Positions 32,579 through 33,153 of a stretch of 33,153 nt of DNA are shown piece by piece. Origin of the DNA: Seison nebaliae (lineage: Eukaryota); the NCBI GenBank assembly GCA_023231475.1, contig JALJEE010001133.1:1-33153 (forward strand). Direction: 5' to 3'. Position 1 is the stretch's first letter; the number at the start of each line of letters is the position of its first letter. The translations under genes were made by a program, and so were the position numbers. The notes under the pieces are model-generated. The model worked only from the letters and a program-made list of their open reading frames with translations. It searched no databases and was not told the DNA's origin.

Positions 32579-33151
32579 TTAGTTTGAAGAGGTTTGATCA
32601 GCAAGACTGTCAGTACTGGAAGGGATATTTGAGTTTAACTCAGAGGTTCCATCTGATGGATTATCGGTAATATTTTGTTCAATTTCTCCAGAAGTAGCTC
32701 CAACTGTTGAAGTACCAATCATTGTTAATAATTTCGAAGTCAAACTTTTTGAAATGGTACCAATTGTACCATCTGAAGAAAATTTAAAACTATTTGAAGA
32801 AGATAAACCATTGGGAGAAGTTCTTTCTGCTTTTATCGAAGTTCTTTGGGAAATTGGTCCGGCACCACTCGAGAATTTACCAACAAAATCTGAATTTTCT
32901 CCTGATGGTCGACCTGATGTTAATTTTGGACTTCCGAAGGGAGAATTTGATTGAGAATTACTAAACATTCCTGATGCTGAAAAAGATTCAGGATCATTTG
33001 AGTTTTGAGTTAGTAAATATTCTCTTGTTGTCTTTTTTGTTTTCGTGGACGGAGTCCATCTAATGTTCGAAAAACTTCCATCAGGTTCCATAGTTGGTGG
33101 TTTTTTGGTTGGAATTGTTGAACTAATTTCTTCGTCGTCATCGTCATCATC
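32579..33151 (-). CDS. 3' end of a Ser/Thr/Pro-rich low-complexity (mucin-like) protein, truncated by the window edge
   Basis: Frame is open from the edge (DDDDDDEEISSTIPTKKPPTMEPDGS...) to TAA at 32579. No domain recognised. Confidence 0.7.
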   Translation of the reverse strand, partial: DDDDDDEEISSTIPTKKPPTMEPDGSFSNIRWTPSTKTKKTTREYLLTQNSNDPESFSASGMFSNSQSNSPFGSPKLTSGRPSGENSDFVGKFSSGAGPISQRTSIKAERTSPNGLSSSNSFKFSSDGTIGTISKSLTSKLLTMIGTSTVGATSGEIEQNITDNPSDGTSELNSNIPSSTDSLADQTSSN

Positions 33152-33153
33152 GT

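Noticed and set aside
986..33153. Alternative genetic code or stop-codon readthrough
   Set aside because: Conserved proteins translate properly with the standard code, and every internal stop is explained by a short GT-AG intron or transposon decay. TTG starts in the ORF track are artefacts.

Overview
AT-rich, gene-dense eukaryotic (almost certainly animal) genomic DNA with very short spliceosomal introns (39-70 nt). Many entries in the ORF track are therefore exon pieces, and several apparent stop codons fall inside introns. Reconstructed order: 3' end of an unknown gene; WDR3/UTP12; a 4-TM (MS4A-like topology) gene behind tandem RFX X-box-like motifs; a minus-strand gene with split C2-domain-like motifs; three tandem, highly derived cationic amino acid transporter (SLC7/CAT-like) paralogues with giant low-complexity loops, with Ty3/Gypsy RT and non-LTR relics between copies 1 and 2; Hsp110 with a 7-unit heat shock element; two secreted PAN/Apple-domain genes; 3' end of a Ser/Thr-rich gene. 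Main observations: (1) 17 of the 18 introns I could reconstruct begin GTT rather than GTR; (2) the CAT-like trio has remodelled substrate-binding motifs and 327-861 aa loops bracketed by conserved CxC and C-x7-H-x3-C motifs; (3) hidden spliced 3' exons would add an acidic/(His-Lys)n tail to copy 2. All splice models were derived by hand from GT-AG ends, reading phase and remembered homology. None was checked against transcripts or databases, and the organism is not identified.
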